Source of the DNA: Acidimicrobiia bacterium
GTDB lineage: Bacteria; Actinomycetota; Acidimicrobiia; Spongiisociales; ZC4RG35
Direction: 5' to 3'
Assembly (NCBI GenBank): GCA_965215185.1
Contig: OZ244034.1
Span: forward strand, 2,240,001 to 2,304,000
DNA: 64,000 nucleotides
Position numbers and translations under genes: made by a program. Below the pieces are notes generated by a model, which made no database searches, was not told where the DNA came from, and worked only from the letters and a program-made list of their open reading frames with translations. Below, in pieces: positions 48,938-58,771 of this stretch (the first letter of the stretch is position 1; each line of letters starts with the position of its first letter).

Positions 48938-50224
48938 CTATTCCAGAATGTGAACCCGTTTGGCCTTACCGGCCTCCTGACGGGGAAGTTGCCCCGGATC
49001 ACTGACCGTCACCTCCACCCGAAGTCGCAAAGTCTCCAACAGTCTTCTTTCCAAACGCTCGGCAATCGCCTCCCGCCGGTTTGACAAGTCAGGGTATCGC
49101 ATTTCCACCTTGGCCTCGATCTCGGTAAGCACCCGGCGCCTGTCCACGTAGATGGCGAACTGACCTCCCAAATCGGGATCCTCGAGCAACACCGCCTCGA
49201 TCTCCCGGGGATACACATTGACTCCTCGCACAATCAGCATGTCGTCGACGCGACCATGAAGCCGATCTATACACCGAAACGGCAGTCGCCCCACCGGAGG
49301 CATTAGTCGGGTGATATCACCTGTGCGGTACCGGATCACCGGCTGCGCCTGCTTGGTGAGGGTGGTGAGCACCAGCTCCCCTACCTCACCATCGGGGAGG
49401 CTTCCGCCGGTGGATGGATCAATGATTTCCGGATAGAAGTGATCTTCCATAATTATCAAGTGGCCCTGGTGTTCACTCCACTCAGCAGCCACGCCCGGAC
49501 CGATGATTTCTGACAGGCCATAGATGTCACAGGCGCTGAACTCTCCACCCCATGCTTCCTCTATCTTCCGACGCATGCCTTCCGACCAAGGTTCGGCGCC
49601 ATGAATACCCCAGCGAAGGGCGATTGACTCCAATACCCCCTGTTCGGCGGCGCGCTCGGCAAGCAATAGGGAGTAGGAAGGCGTACAGGCCAAACCGGTG
49701 GCGCCCAGATCGGCCAGCATCTGCACCTGAAAGCCTGAGTTGCCGCCCGACGCCGGAATGGCGGTAGCGCCCAGAGCCTCCACTCCGTAGTGAAGACCCA
49801 GACCCCCGGTGAAGAGGCCATATCCGTAGGCAACATGCACCACCGACTCCGAGGTGGCACCCGCCAGAGCGAGGGCGCGGGCGTTCACCTCCGCGAACAT
49901 GCGCACGTCGGAGGCCGTGTAGGCACCAATGGTCGGCTTGCCCGAAGTCCCCGAAGAAGCATGGACCCGCACAACTTCCTCCATGGGCACCGCCAGCATC
50001 CCGGTGGGGTATGTTTGTCGGAACTCAGCCTTGGTGGTCATCGGCAACTGTTGCAGATCGTCCAAAGACCGTACGGCATCCGTGTTGGCCAGTTTGTTGA
50101 TCCAAAAGGGGGTGTCAACCCTTTGGAGACGCCCCACCATCGCCCCCAGCCTGTCCGACTGGCTTCTACGCAACTCCTGCTGGGCAATCGAGAAAAAGTC
50201 CGATGGATAGATTCTCCTCCCCAT
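48938..50224 (-). CDS. paaK: Phenylacetate-CoA ligase family protein
   Basis: HASSGTSGKP, YGYGLFTGGLG, GAEPWSE, IYGLSE, IRYRTGD. Confidence 0.88.
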   Translation of the reverse strand: MGRRIYPSDFFSIAQQELRRSQSDRLGAMVGRLQRVDTPFWINKLANTDAVRSLDDLQQLPMTTKAEFRQTYPTGMLAVPMEEVVRVHASSGTSGKPTIGAYTASDVRMFAEVNARALALAGATSESVVHVAYGYGLFTGGLGLHYGVEALGATAIPASGGNSGFQVQMLADLGATGLACTPSYSLLLAERAAEQGVLESIALRWGIHGAEPWSEGMRRKIEEAWGGEFSACDIYGLSEIIGPGVAAEWSEHQGHLIIMEDHFYPEIIDPSTGGSLPDGEVGELVLTTLTKQAQPVIRYRTGDITRLMPPVGRLPFRCIDRLHGRVDDMLIVRGVNVYPREIEAVLLEDPDLGGQFAIYVDRRRVLTEIEAKVEMRYPDLSNRREAIAERLERRLLETLRLRVEVTVSDPGQLPRQEAGKAKRVHILE

Positions 50225-50378
50225 ATTGTGTTGCTCCTCGTTTCCTGGGCCGGTGGTCCTCTGTGATTATGGCTAGGTTTGCTTGGCGCTGGTCCTGCAA
50301 ACCCTCGGTTACGACGGGGCGGCGCCTAAGCCGCGGTTACCATTCTCTTGCGTAGCAAACCCCACGGAGGAGTCTGTC

Positions 50379-51527
50379 TTGGTAGTCCCAATGAGCAACC
50401 TGGCCGCCGAATACCGGTCACTTAAAACCGAAATCGATGAGGCGGTGGGGCGGGTGCTGGCCAGCGGCTCCTACGTTCTCGGGGAGGAGTTGGAGGCTTT
50501 CGAGGAAGCGTTCGCTGATTATGTCGGCGCCCGGTTCGCCATGGGGGTGGGCTCGGGAACCGCCGCTTTGCATCTCGCCTTGGCGGCGTTGAACCTGGGG
50601 CCCGAGGACGAAGTGATCACAGTTCCCAATACCGATAATCCCACCGCCTCGGCCGTCACCCACGCCGGAGCGAAAGTGGTGCTGGCGGACACCACCGAGG
50701 ACACCTACACCATGGATCCCAACAAGCTGGAGGAAAAGATCACCCCCCGCACCAAGGTGATCCTCCCCGTCCACCTGTTCGGTCATCCGGCCGACATGGA
50801 TCCCATCTGTGAGATCGCCGACGGGCACGGAATTACCGTGCTGGAAGACTCCGCCCTGGCGGTGGGCGGCGAGTACAAGGGACGGAGAACCGGGACTTTC
50901 GGACCGCTGGGGTGCTTCAGCGTGGCCCCCGGAAAAATTCTGGGAGGATACGGAGACGGGGGAATTGTGGTGACCAACGACCCAGACCTGGCCCACAGAA
51001 TCCGGGTGCTTCGCAATTACGGCCACGCCCCCGGTTTGAAGCTGTCCGGTCAGGACCTGACCGGGGGGACCGGTTGGAGGGTGCTGGAGGAAGGATTCAA
51101 CCAGCGACTCGACACGCTGCAGGCCGCCATAATCAACGCCAAGCTCCCCACTTTGGAGAGCCGCATCGCGGCCCGTCGACGTGCTGCCGCTCTATACCGT
51201 GAAGCCTTTTCGGGTACGGCTGTCACGCCGGTCCACGAGGCGCCATGGGCCCGCCACGTCTACTTTGCCTACAACGCCATGGTCTCCGATCGAGACCGGG
51301 CGCGGGAATTCCTGGCCTCCCGGGGAATCGCCACCCGTCTGTATTACAACCCGCCGCTGCATCTGCATCCCGCCTACCGGTGGATGGGGCTCGGCCCGGG
51401 TTCCTTACCCGTGGCGGAAAAGACCGCATCGCGGATGATCGGCCTGCCCTGCTTCCCCCAGATCACCGAATCCCAAGTCGAAGAAGCCGCCGCCGCACTT
51501 CTTGAATTCGTCGGCGCCGCCGACTGA
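50379..51527 (+). CDS. DegT/DnrJ/EryC1/StrS PLP aminotransferase
   Basis: GSGTAALHL, PVHLFG, FSVAPGKILGGYGDGG, NQRLDTLQAA; TTG at 50379 after GGAGGAG. Confidence 0.92.
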   Translation: MVVPMSNLAAEYRSLKTEIDEAVGRVLASGSYVLGEELEAFEEAFADYVGARFAMGVGSGTAALHLALAALNLGPEDEVITVPNTDNPTASAVTHAGAKVVLADTTEDTYTMDPNKLEEKITPRTKVILPVHLFGHPADMDPICEIADGHGITVLEDSALAVGGEYKGRRTGTFGPLGCFSVAPGKILGGYGDGGIVVTNDPDLAHRIRVLRNYGHAPGLKLSGQDLTGGTGWRVLEEGFNQRLDTLQAAIINAKLPTLESRIAARRRAAALYREAFSGTAVTPVHEAPWARHVYFAYNAMVSDRDRAREFLASRGIATRLYYNPPLHLHPAYRWMGLGPGSLPVAEKTASRMIGLPCFPQITESQVEEAAAALLEFVGAAD

Positions 51528-51579
51528 AACCCGGCAAGGACCGCGGCTAGATTTGACTTCAATTGTGCGCAGCAACACA

Positions 51580-51733
51580 CTGCAAACAGATATTTTGGGT
51601 GTCGACGCCTCTGATGGGTATGCTCCACGCCACCCCCCTCGACGAGGTCCGAACTATTCGCAACGCCACGGAACTGTCCGTCTTGGTGGGTAGCGGGCTC
51701 CACGGCGATAATGTCGCTCCGCATCATCTCTGA
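51580..51733 (+). pseudogene. Possible BtpA/SgcQ-family gene remnant
   Basis: PLDEVRTIRNATELSVLVGSGLHGDNV resembles the BtpA/SgcQ C-terminal motif; no start or N-terminus. Confidence 0.45.
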
Positions 51734-51771
51734 ACCTATCGGTTCACTCACTGACCCGAGACTATCGCACC

Positions 51772-52584
51772 TCAGGCGCTGGAGGTGAGTTCACGGGCCA
51801 GTATCTCGGGGCTCAGGTCTTCTGCCCTGGCCCGCAGATCCAGGTAGAGCACGGTTCCGATCACCGTTGAGAAAGGGAGAGTCAAAATGCCGATGATCAG
51901 AGTCGCCCAGTATTCGGGCAAGAGCCAGTTGAGCATCAGGAAGGCGAGCACAACCAGCAGTAAGGACAACAAAAGCACAACCAGCACTCTTGCAAACCGC
52001 GCCGATACCAACTGCCAGGATCGTCGCAGGCTGGTGGTGGCTTTTTCACCCTCGACCATCACCACCATGGGAGCCAGCCACCATAGAACCATAAGGGCCA
52101 GCGCCGGCAGAACCATTACGAAAGTCCACACCAGGAAGGGCAATAGCGTTCCCAACGGTGCAGCGAAGGGATCGTTCGCATATAGGTTCAGTTGCTCCAG
52201 CATCCCTGGAGCAACCAGGGCCAAGATCATCGTGCCGATCATGATCATCACCGTCCCCACCGCCACCACTCCCAGCACCAATAGTCCCAACATCCCCAGC
52301 ATCTTTCCGAACCTGCTTCCGGCCGCGCGGGTGGCTTCGGTAGCGGAGGTATGCAGGTCCGCGCATTGAGAGGCGGTGACGCGAATCAAAGCGCCGGTGG
52401 CCAGCAACTCGGTCAAGAACAAACCGATTTCCATGAGCCATCCAACGCCGGGGACCCACTGAAGAAGTGAAGGAATGCCCACCAAGGCGGCGCTGATGGC
52501 GATCAGCGTTCCAAACCGTCCCCTATAAAGGCTCCACGAAAAGCCGAGGACTTCTCCAATCCCTAACGGGCGAAAACCTGACAT
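51772..52584 (-). CDS. Integral membrane protein of unknown function
   Basis: RPLGIGEVL N-terminus, E...SLRRSWQLV, LYLDLRARAE; about 6 TM helices. Confidence 0.85.
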   Translation of the reverse strand: MSGFRPLGIGEVLGFSWSLYRGRFGTLIAISAALVGIPSLLQWVPGVGWLMEIGLFLTELLATGALIRVTASQCADLHTSATEATRAAGSRFGKMLGMLGLLVLGVVAVGTVMIMIGTMILALVAPGMLEQLNLYANDPFAAPLGTLLPFLVWTFVMVLPALALMVLWWLAPMVVMVEGEKATTSLRRSWQLVSARFARVLVVLLLSLLLVVLAFLMLNWLLPEYWATLIIGILTLPFSTVIGTVLYLDLRARAEDLSPEILARELTSSA

Positions 52585-52604
52585 TGCGCTTAGATGTGCG
52601 ACAC

Positions 52605-54014
52605 CTAGACGACGAATCCATCGGTAAAGAGGGGTGGGACCAGATTCCAGTTGGCCGCTTCGTGGTAGGCCTGTCCGATGCGGGCAATCTCGGTCTCCGC
52701 CAAAGGCCGACCCATGATCTGCAGGCCGATCGGTAGCCCTGACTCATCGAAACCGCATGGGACGGAAAGGGCAGGAAGGCCGGTCAGGTTGGCAGGAGCG
52801 GTGGTCCGCACGTAGGCGGGGTTAACCACCTCACTTGTTCCACCGTATTCAAAGTAAGCCTGGTCCTTGCGGGCCGCCACGGCAGGGAGAGTGGGCAGGA
52901 GCACCGCGTCAAGACGGTGCTCCTGAAAGGAGTTTCTCACCCCTCGTCGGATCATCTCCCGCCCGCGTAGGGCGGTCAAATAGTGCTCATTGGGCATCAT
53001 CAGCCCGGTAGCGAAGAGCGTCCTAATGGAAGGCTCGATCAGATGCGGCGCCGCCGCCATTAGCCGTTGGTGATAGGCGGCGCCCTCCGAGCGGACGAGG
53101 GCGAATTCCACTGGCATCACCATGTCCAGTTCCTTGATCTCCATCGGTACTACCTCGGCGCCCAAATCAGCGAGCACTCCCACGGCCTTCTCGAAGGCGT
53201 CGGACACCGAAGCCTGGATAAGCGGACCCCGGTAACGCTCGATCACCCCGAGCCTCACCCCTTTCAAGCCGTTTTCGGCAGACAGATAGCCATCTGGGGA
53301 GAATTCAGTCAGAGTGGTGGGATCGGAGGGATGGAAACCTGAAATAACCGACTGGACCAGAATGCAGTCGGCGGGAGTCGCCGCCAGCGGTCCGATGTGG
53401 TCGAGCGACCAACTGAGCGCCGCCACTCCACTGCGGGGAACCCTTCCATAGGTGCCCTTCAAGCCGGCTATCCCGCACAAAGCGGCGGGAATGCGGATCG
53501 AGCCGCCGGTGTCGCTCCCCAGCGCGGCCGCGGTAATTCCCGCCGACACCGCCGCTCCCGAGCCACCGCTGGACCCTCCCGGGATGCGGGTTATATCCCA
53601 GGGGTTGGAAGCGGGAGGAGATTCCACCCCGCAGGCCAACTCGTGAGTCACGGTCTTGCCCACAATCACCGCCCCGGCGGTGCGGAGGCGCTCCACCACC
53701 GGAGCGTCCCGCTCGGCGGGTGTATCGGGATAAGCGGGGGATCCACACAGAGTGGGATGCCCGGCCATGTCGATGATGTCCTTCACCCCCACCGGGATCC
53801 CGGCCAGCGGACCCGGGTCGATCCCTTGAGCGAACTGGCGGTCCACCCGGTCGGCCGCTTCGAGGGCTCCCCGGTGGTCGATGATTACAAAGGCCTGCAA
53901 CTGGGGATTGAGATCCTCGGCGGCGGCCAATGCGCGTTCGGTTATCTGCCGGGCGGAGACTTCTTTGGAGCGCAGCCGCCGGCCCAGGTGGGCGATCACC
54001 CCTTGGGAGTTCAT
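52605..54014 (-). CDS. Amidase-signature family enzyme (GatA/AtzE-like)
   Basis: GIPVGVKD, PGGSSGGS, GSDTGGSIRIPA; ATG at 54014 overlaps the upstream stop. Confidence 0.93.
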   Translation of the reverse strand: MNSQGVIAHLGRRLRSKEVSARQITERALAAAEDLNPQLQAFVIIDHRGALEAADRVDRQFAQGIDPGPLAGIPVGVKDIIDMAGHPTLCGSPAYPDTPAERDAPVVERLRTAGAVIVGKTVTHELACGVESPPASNPWDITRIPGGSSGGSGAAVSAGITAAALGSDTGGSIRIPAALCGIAGLKGTYGRVPRSGVAALSWSLDHIGPLAATPADCILVQSVISGFHPSDPTTLTEFSPDGYLSAENGLKGVRLGVIERYRGPLIQASVSDAFEKAVGVLADLGAEVVPMEIKELDMVMPVEFALVRSEGAAYHQRLMAAAPHLIEPSIRTLFATGLMMPNEHYLTALRGREMIRRGVRNSFQEHRLDAVLLPTLPAVAARKDQAYFEYGGTSEVVNPAYVRTTAPANLTGLPALSVPCGFDESGLPIGLQIMGRPLAETEIARIGQAYHEAANWNLVPPLFTDGFVV

Positions 54015-54196
54015 TGCCACCGCGGGTCGAATCTCAAGGCCGGTTCGTCGGTCTGGTCCAACTGGTCCCGCACCGAATCGATCTCGGCCCACTGCCCGGT
54101 CAGCATTTCCGCCAATTGGTCTGCATCCCAGTCATCAACCGTCAGTCCGGCTACGGTGAGCATGGTGCGGACCTCCTCAGGTCGGAAGGCGGTCAT
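54011..54196 (-). CDS. Small acidic protein, GatC/AtzG-like amidase partner
   Basis: 61 aa MTAFRPEEV...AGLTV...EPALRFDPRWQ; ATGA-coupled on both sides. Confidence 0.7.
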   Translation of the reverse strand: MTAFRPEEVRTMLTVAGLTVDDWDADQLAEMLTGQWAEIDSVRDQLDQTDEPALRFDPRWQ

Positions 54197-54582
54197 TGGG
54201 GAATCACCGCGATCACATCCACTTCCAGTTTGAGGCCGGGGAGGCCCAGCGCCGCCGCTTGACAGGCGGTGACCGCCGGATAGGGACCACCACCGAACAC
54301 CCGGCGCCGCACCTCCATCTCCTCGGGGAGTTCCCGGATGTCCTGGCAGTAATAGGTGATCTTCACCACGTTCACCAGCGAGCCTCCGCACGCCTGCAGA
54401 ACCTCGGCGATGTTCTGCCAGATCTGCTCGGCCTGCTGACCGGTGGTCTCGCCCACGATCTCCCCGGCGGCGTTGAACGCCACCTGTCCGGCCAGATAAA
54501 CGGTGTCACCGGCCCGGACCGCGTAGGAATAGGGCTCGGGCGGTTCGCACATGCCCTCGGGATTGATCGCCTCAATTTTCAC
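54193..54582 (-). CDS. RidA/YjgF family protein
   Basis: PYSYAVRAGDTVYLAGQV, YPAVT, KLEVDVIA; GTG at 54582 after GAAGGAG. Confidence 0.9.
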   Translation of the reverse strand: MKIEAINPEGMCEPPEPYSYAVRAGDTVYLAGQVAFNAAGEIVGETTGQQAEQIWQNIAEVLQACGGSLVNVVKITYYCQDIRELPEEMEVRRRVFGGGPYPAVTACQAAALGLPGLKLEVDVIAVIPQ

Positions 54583-54627
54583 TTCGGACTCTCCTTCGTG
54601 CGAAAACGGGTGGGGTGTCGGCAATTC

Positions 54628-54939
54628 CTAAGAAGAAAGAATAAGCAATAATTCTTCCCTCAGTGTCAACGCAAGGACACGAGCCACTTGGCTTTCGCTC
54701 TCCAAGATTGCGGGAAGGTCGCGTTTCAAGACAGCGCTCATCGCCTTATCGATGTTGGCAGAGATCGGGATGTTCCACGCTTTGAAAAGTCGTGAGAAGA
54801 GATCGCTCAATACGCAATAAGCGACTTGGCCCGTCGCCCAGCAATACTCCTGACACCATTCCGCTAGATCATCAAGCTTGGCTGGAGGAAAGGATCGGAG
54901 TCCTCCCTCGGCTAGCCGCCGCAGTGAGGACCTATCCAA
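54628..54939 (-). CDS. Hypothetical helical protein
   Basis: 103-aa ORF overlapping the stop of the pyrE-like gene by 8 nt; fills the gap between genes. Confidence 0.6.
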   Translation of the reverse strand: MDRSSLRRLAEGGLRSFPPAKLDDLAEWCQEYCWATGQVAYCVLSDLFSRLFKAWNIPISANIDKAMSAVLKRDLPAILESESQVARVLALTLREELLLILSS

Positions 54940-55519
54940 AGCAAACCGGCTCGATTCTCAGATCCTCGTAGGTTGCCATAGGAAAGTAGCTAACACCCAG
55001 GTTTTCGAATAGTGGACGAGCTGAATCACCTCGGTCTACAAGTGTCACCGCCGCTACAACTTCCGCGCCCGTTTCTTGAATGGCATCAAAAGCATTAATC
55101 ATCGACCCGCCCGATGTCACTACATCGTCGACTAGGAGCACTCTGTCGCCCCGACTGATCTGGGCACCTTCGATCCGGCGGCGCGTCCCACGTCCCTTGG
55201 GTTCCTTTCGCACAAGAAACCATTTGGTATCACTCACGGCAGCGACTCCGACAGCAAGGGCGTCAGCGCCTAGCGTCAGACCGCCAACCGCGTCGAAGTT
55301 GTGACCGGCGTTGGTGACGGCTTCAACAATTGCCAGCGACGCCAAACGGAGATCTTTCCATTCTGCAAGGGCCTCCTTGCCGTCGATGAAATGAGATGAC
55401 CACGCGCCCGACGCCAGCCTTATAGGCATCGGAAGGCTACGAAGACCCTTCTCGATCAATAAATCAACGAGCTGTTCTTGAAATGTCAGTGTAGATGGAT
55501 GCACGGGATCTCGATTCAC
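54932..55519 (-). CDS. pyrE: Orotate phosphoribosyltransferase-like protein
   Basis: RLASG, GGLTLGAD, VRKEPKGRG...IEG, LVDDVVTSGGS, LVDR. Confidence 0.75.
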   Translation of the reverse strand: MNRDPVHPSTLTFQEQLVDLLIEKGLRSLPMPIRLASGAWSSHFIDGKEALAEWKDLRLASLAIVEAVTNAGHNFDAVGGLTLGADALAVGVAAVSDTKWFLVRKEPKGRGTRRRIEGAQISRGDRVLLVDDVVTSGGSMINAFDAIQETGAEVVAAVTLVDRGDSARPLFENLGVSYFPMATYEDLRIEPVCFG

Positions 55520-55583
55520 AAACTACATTCCTGTTATTTCAAGCCGGGTCGGGGGTATGTTGATAAGCGGCCATCTCAACAAT

Positions 55584-56675
55584 TCAGCCGGGAACAACCA
55601 CAGTGCGGATCGCCGAGCCGCTCTCCAGGTTCTCAAACCCTTTCTCCATGTCGGAAAGCGGAATGGTGTGCGTGACCATGCCGTCGAGATCGAGACTGCC
55701 CAATTGGTAGAGGGAATCCAGCACCGGAAAGTCCTGGGCTGGTATTCCTTCCCCACCGTGGGTGGTCATCAACGTCGAGGTGTTGCGGAAAAAGGCCGAG
55801 GGATTCAACTCGGCTCCGGTCCCCGGACCGGGCACGCCGATCAGGGTGGCGACGCCTCCATAGGCCAGCATCCCCAGAGCCTGCTCCAAAGTGACGCTCA
55901 TTCCCACCGCTTCGAAGGAGAAGTCCACTCCTTGCCCGCCGGTGATGGCCCGAACCGCCTCAACCGCATCCTCTTTGGCGGAGTTGACCGCATGGGTGGC
56001 CCCCATCGACAAAGCCCATTCGAGTTTGAGGTCGGAGATGTCCACCGCGATCACCTTGGAAGCGTTGGCCATCCGGGCTCCTTGCACGGTAGAGAGGCCG
56101 ATGCCTCCGCAGCCGATCACCGCCGTGGTGGCGCCCGGCCATACCTTGGCGGTGTGAAACACCGCGCCGGTTCCGGTCATAACCGCGCACCCCAGCAGTG
56201 AAGCCGAAGTCATCGGCATGCCATCACTCACCCGGAAAGCTGCCCCGGCGTCCACCCCGATCCGTTCGGCGTACATCCCCAAACCCATGGGGACCTCCAC
56301 CTTGGAACCGTCGGACGCCAGAGAAACCATCGGAGCGCGCGGCGAGGAGGAGTTACACCGTCGGGGATCGTTGCGTCGGCACATTGGGCATGTGCCACAG
56401 GGAACCCGGCAGCCCACCGCCACCCGGTCGCCTTCTTTCAGGCGAGTCACTCCGGGACCCACCTGCTCCACCACACCCGCTCCTTCGTGGCCGAGCAGCA
56501 TGGGATAGCGGGACTCCCGACTCGACTGCACTCCTTTTGATACCTTGTAGTCGGTGCGGCACACTCCGGCTGCTTCCACCCGGAGTAACACCTCCCCCTC
56601 CCGAGGAGGGCCGATCTCAATCTCAGCGATCTCGACCCGCCCCGGCGCCATCACCAAGGCCGCTCTGCTACGCAT
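55584..56675 (-). CDS. Zn-dependent alcohol dehydrogenase (class III-like MDR)
   Basis: GVCRTD, GHEGAG, CGTCPMC...C, GCAVMTG, GCGGIG. Confidence 0.93.
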   Translation of the reverse strand: MRSRAALVMAPGRVEIAEIEIGPPREGEVLLRVEAAGVCRTDYKVSKGVQSSRESRYPMLLGHEGAGVVEQVGPGVTRLKEGDRVAVGCRVPCGTCPMCRRNDPRRCNSSSPRAPMVSLASDGSKVEVPMGLGMYAERIGVDAGAAFRVSDGMPMTSASLLGCAVMTGTGAVFHTAKVWPGATTAVIGCGGIGLSTVQGARMANASKVIAVDISDLKLEWALSMGATHAVNSAKEDAVEAVRAITGGQGVDFSFEAVGMSVTLEQALGMLAYGGVATLIGVPGPGTGAELNPSAFFRNTSTLMTTHGGEGIPAQDFPVLDSLYQLGSLDLDGMVTHTIPLSDMEKGFENLESGSAIRTVVVPG

Positions 56676-57834
56676 TGAGATCAACCAGAATGTCTTCCTC
56701 GTAGGTGAGCCTCTCTCCGCCGTCCGGCGTCACCCGCACGTTGTCGGAGACGCAAATGCCTCCCACCGCCAAGGCTTCGGCCGGATCATCGAATGCGATC
56801 TGCGGATGAAGGTTGATCACCATGTCGGTTTGCATAATCCGCTCCTTGCCCGGCACCCAGGGCGGCTCATGGGAGTCAAGCCCGATGCCGTGAGCAGTGT
56901 AGGCCACTGAGTCGAGACCACCCTGACCGTACTTGCGGTGCACCCGGTCACGGGCGACCAGCACGTCGTCGGAGGAAGCGCCGGTCTTCATGGCCTCGAC
57001 GCAGGCGTTCAAGGTCTCGATCCGGGTGTCCCAAAAACGCAAGATCTGATCGGATGGACGCCCGAAGCAATAGGTCCTGCGTACTTCCACCCAGTATCCC
57101 GATGGCCCTCCCCATTCCAGATCGATGCAGAGGACATCGTCCTTGTCGATCTCGGCGTCCATTCCGAAGGTGTAGGCCCGGTAAGGGGGACGGCTCATCT
57201 GGGCGATCCCGTCCAGGCATCCATACTGGCGGCAGAGACGATGAGCCTCGGCCAGCACATCCCGCTCGATCGCCCCGGGGCGAATGTGGCCCTCGAGACT
57301 GGTGAACACCTGGGCGATGATCCGAGAGGTCTCCCGGAGGTTGTCCATCTCCTCGGCGCTCTTGATTGAACGGATGTCATCGAAGAAATCGGTGGCGTCA
57401 ATCAGGGTGGCAGTACGACCGAACGCCTCCTGGAAAGCCATGTAGTGAGCGGCGGAGGTTATGTCGGCCAGCCCCACAATTCCGATAGTGCCATGGGAGA
57501 TTCCGTGGTCGGACAGGATCCCGGCTAACTCGGCAGCCGGAGTTTGTGTGGCCCGAAAGTCCTGGATCCAGTTGACCAGCGCCACTCTCGACAGGCCCCA
57601 CAACGGATCGCCGATGAAGGTGGGCTCACCTTTTAGGGGAAGCAGCACCATCCCCCACCCGGCCCATTGGAAGATGTCGGACACGTACTGGACGCGGCCC
57701 CGCACGAATTCGTCGCCGCGGCTACAGATGAGCAACGCGTCGATGCCCGCTTCGGCCATGGCCTCGCGAAGCACTCGATGACGGCGCTCCCGCTCGGCGG
57801 GAGAGGAAATGTGGGTCAGTTTGCCTTCAGCCAT
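56668..57834 (-). CDS. M24 (creatinase/Xaa-Pro peptidase fold) hydrolase
   Basis: Creatinase-N-like start (ERERRH...GIDALL), RSIKSAEE, HGIGLDSHEPP. Confidence 0.88.
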   Translation of the reverse strand: MAEGKLTHISSPAERERRHRVLREAMAEAGIDALLICSRGDEFVRGRVQYVSDIFQWAGWGMVLLPLKGEPTFIGDPLWGLSRVALVNWIQDFRATQTPAAELAGILSDHGISHGTIGIVGLADITSAAHYMAFQEAFGRTATLIDATDFFDDIRSIKSAEEMDNLRETSRIIAQVFTSLEGHIRPGAIERDVLAEAHRLCRQYGCLDGIAQMSRPPYRAYTFGMDAEIDKDDVLCIDLEWGGPSGYWVEVRRTYCFGRPSDQILRFWDTRIETLNACVEAMKTGASSDDVLVARDRVHRKYGQGGLDSVAYTAHGIGLDSHEPPWVPGKERIMQTDMVINLHPQIAFDDPAEALAVGGICVSDNVRVTPDGGERLTYEEDILVDLNA

Positions 57835-57848
57835 AGTTTGAAACTCCT

Positions 57849-58577
57849 TTAGCTGGTGGGGGTCGGTACGGAGGCCGGGCGGTGTGAGGACAGAGCTTGA
57901 GGATTCTCCAACTCTGCACAGATCTCGTTGGTGGTGCGGGAGGCGATGAAGCCCCCGTCGGTCATTCTGACCAAGGCGTTGTCGTGAAGTTCCTTGGTGG
58001 AGGAGGTACAGGCGTCGTTCACTAGCGAGACCGTATACCCGCGGTCGGCCGCGTCGCGAGCGGAGAGCTCCACGCACCCTTCAGTGACGATGCCGGTAAG
58101 GACCACGTGAGTTATACCCATGCGCTTTAGCACGCTATCGATAGCAGTGGAATTGAAGACGCTGGCGGAGGTCTTGGAGAAGATCATCTCGTCGCCCTGC
58201 TCCCCCACTTCCGGAAGAAGAAGGTCGTCGCGGTCGTCGCGGGGTACCGGCTCAAGGTCTGCGTCAGGCATGAAGGCCTTCCCCGCATCTCGCCCGTTGC
58301 TAGTGCGATAGGCCACCCGGACATGGATCACTTCCTCACCCGCCGCCCGGAAAGCGTCCTGGCATCTTCTGACGTTGGGCAGGATGGCGATGATGTTATC
58401 CCATCGCTCCTCCATGATCTCGGGCTGGCCAGCAGCTTGGGCGATCCGGCCTATCCAACCATCGGCATGAGCATCCAGATACTGCAAATCGATGGTTAGC
58501 AGCGCCGTCTTTCCCGGAGCGATGGAAGGAAACACCGGGCGGGGAAATAGATCGTAAAAGGGGTCGTGCAAGTTCAA
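57849..58577 (-). CDS. Isochorismatase-family cysteine hydrolase
   Basis: TALLTIDLQ, SKTSASVF, GIVTEGCV...ARDAADRGY (D-K-C triad). Confidence 0.92.
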   Translation of the reverse strand: MNLHDPFYDLFPRPVFPSIAPGKTALLTIDLQYLDAHADGWIGRIAQAAGQPEIMEERWDNIIAILPNVRRCQDAFRAAGEEVIHVRVAYRTSNGRDAGKAFMPDADLEPVPRDDRDDLLLPEVGEQGDEMIFSKTSASVFNSTAIDSVLKRMGITHVVLTGIVTEGCVELSARDAADRGYTVSLVNDACTSSTKELHDNALVRMTDGGFIASRTTNEICAELENPQALSSHRPASVPTPTS

Positions 58578-58657
58578 AGTATTCTCGCCTTCCTGCAAAG
58601 TAGCCGGTTCGTGTAAAAAGAAGGTTGTTGGCGCAACAGCACCACCTCCGGTTTGCA

Positions 58658-58671
58658 CTAAGTATATTTAG
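58658..58671. promoter_or_regulatory. Imperfect palindrome in the divergent promoter region (candidate operator)
   Basis: CTAAGTATATTTAG, one mismatch from a perfect palindrome, AT-rich in a GC-rich background. Confidence 0.4.
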
Positions 58672-58771
58672 CAGGGATCCGGACCATCCGCGGCCCCACA
58701 GGGCCACCAAAATCCGGTGAAAGTTAAAAAAACCTGAGCATCGGCGCAGGAGAAGGGAAGATCAAGACGAG

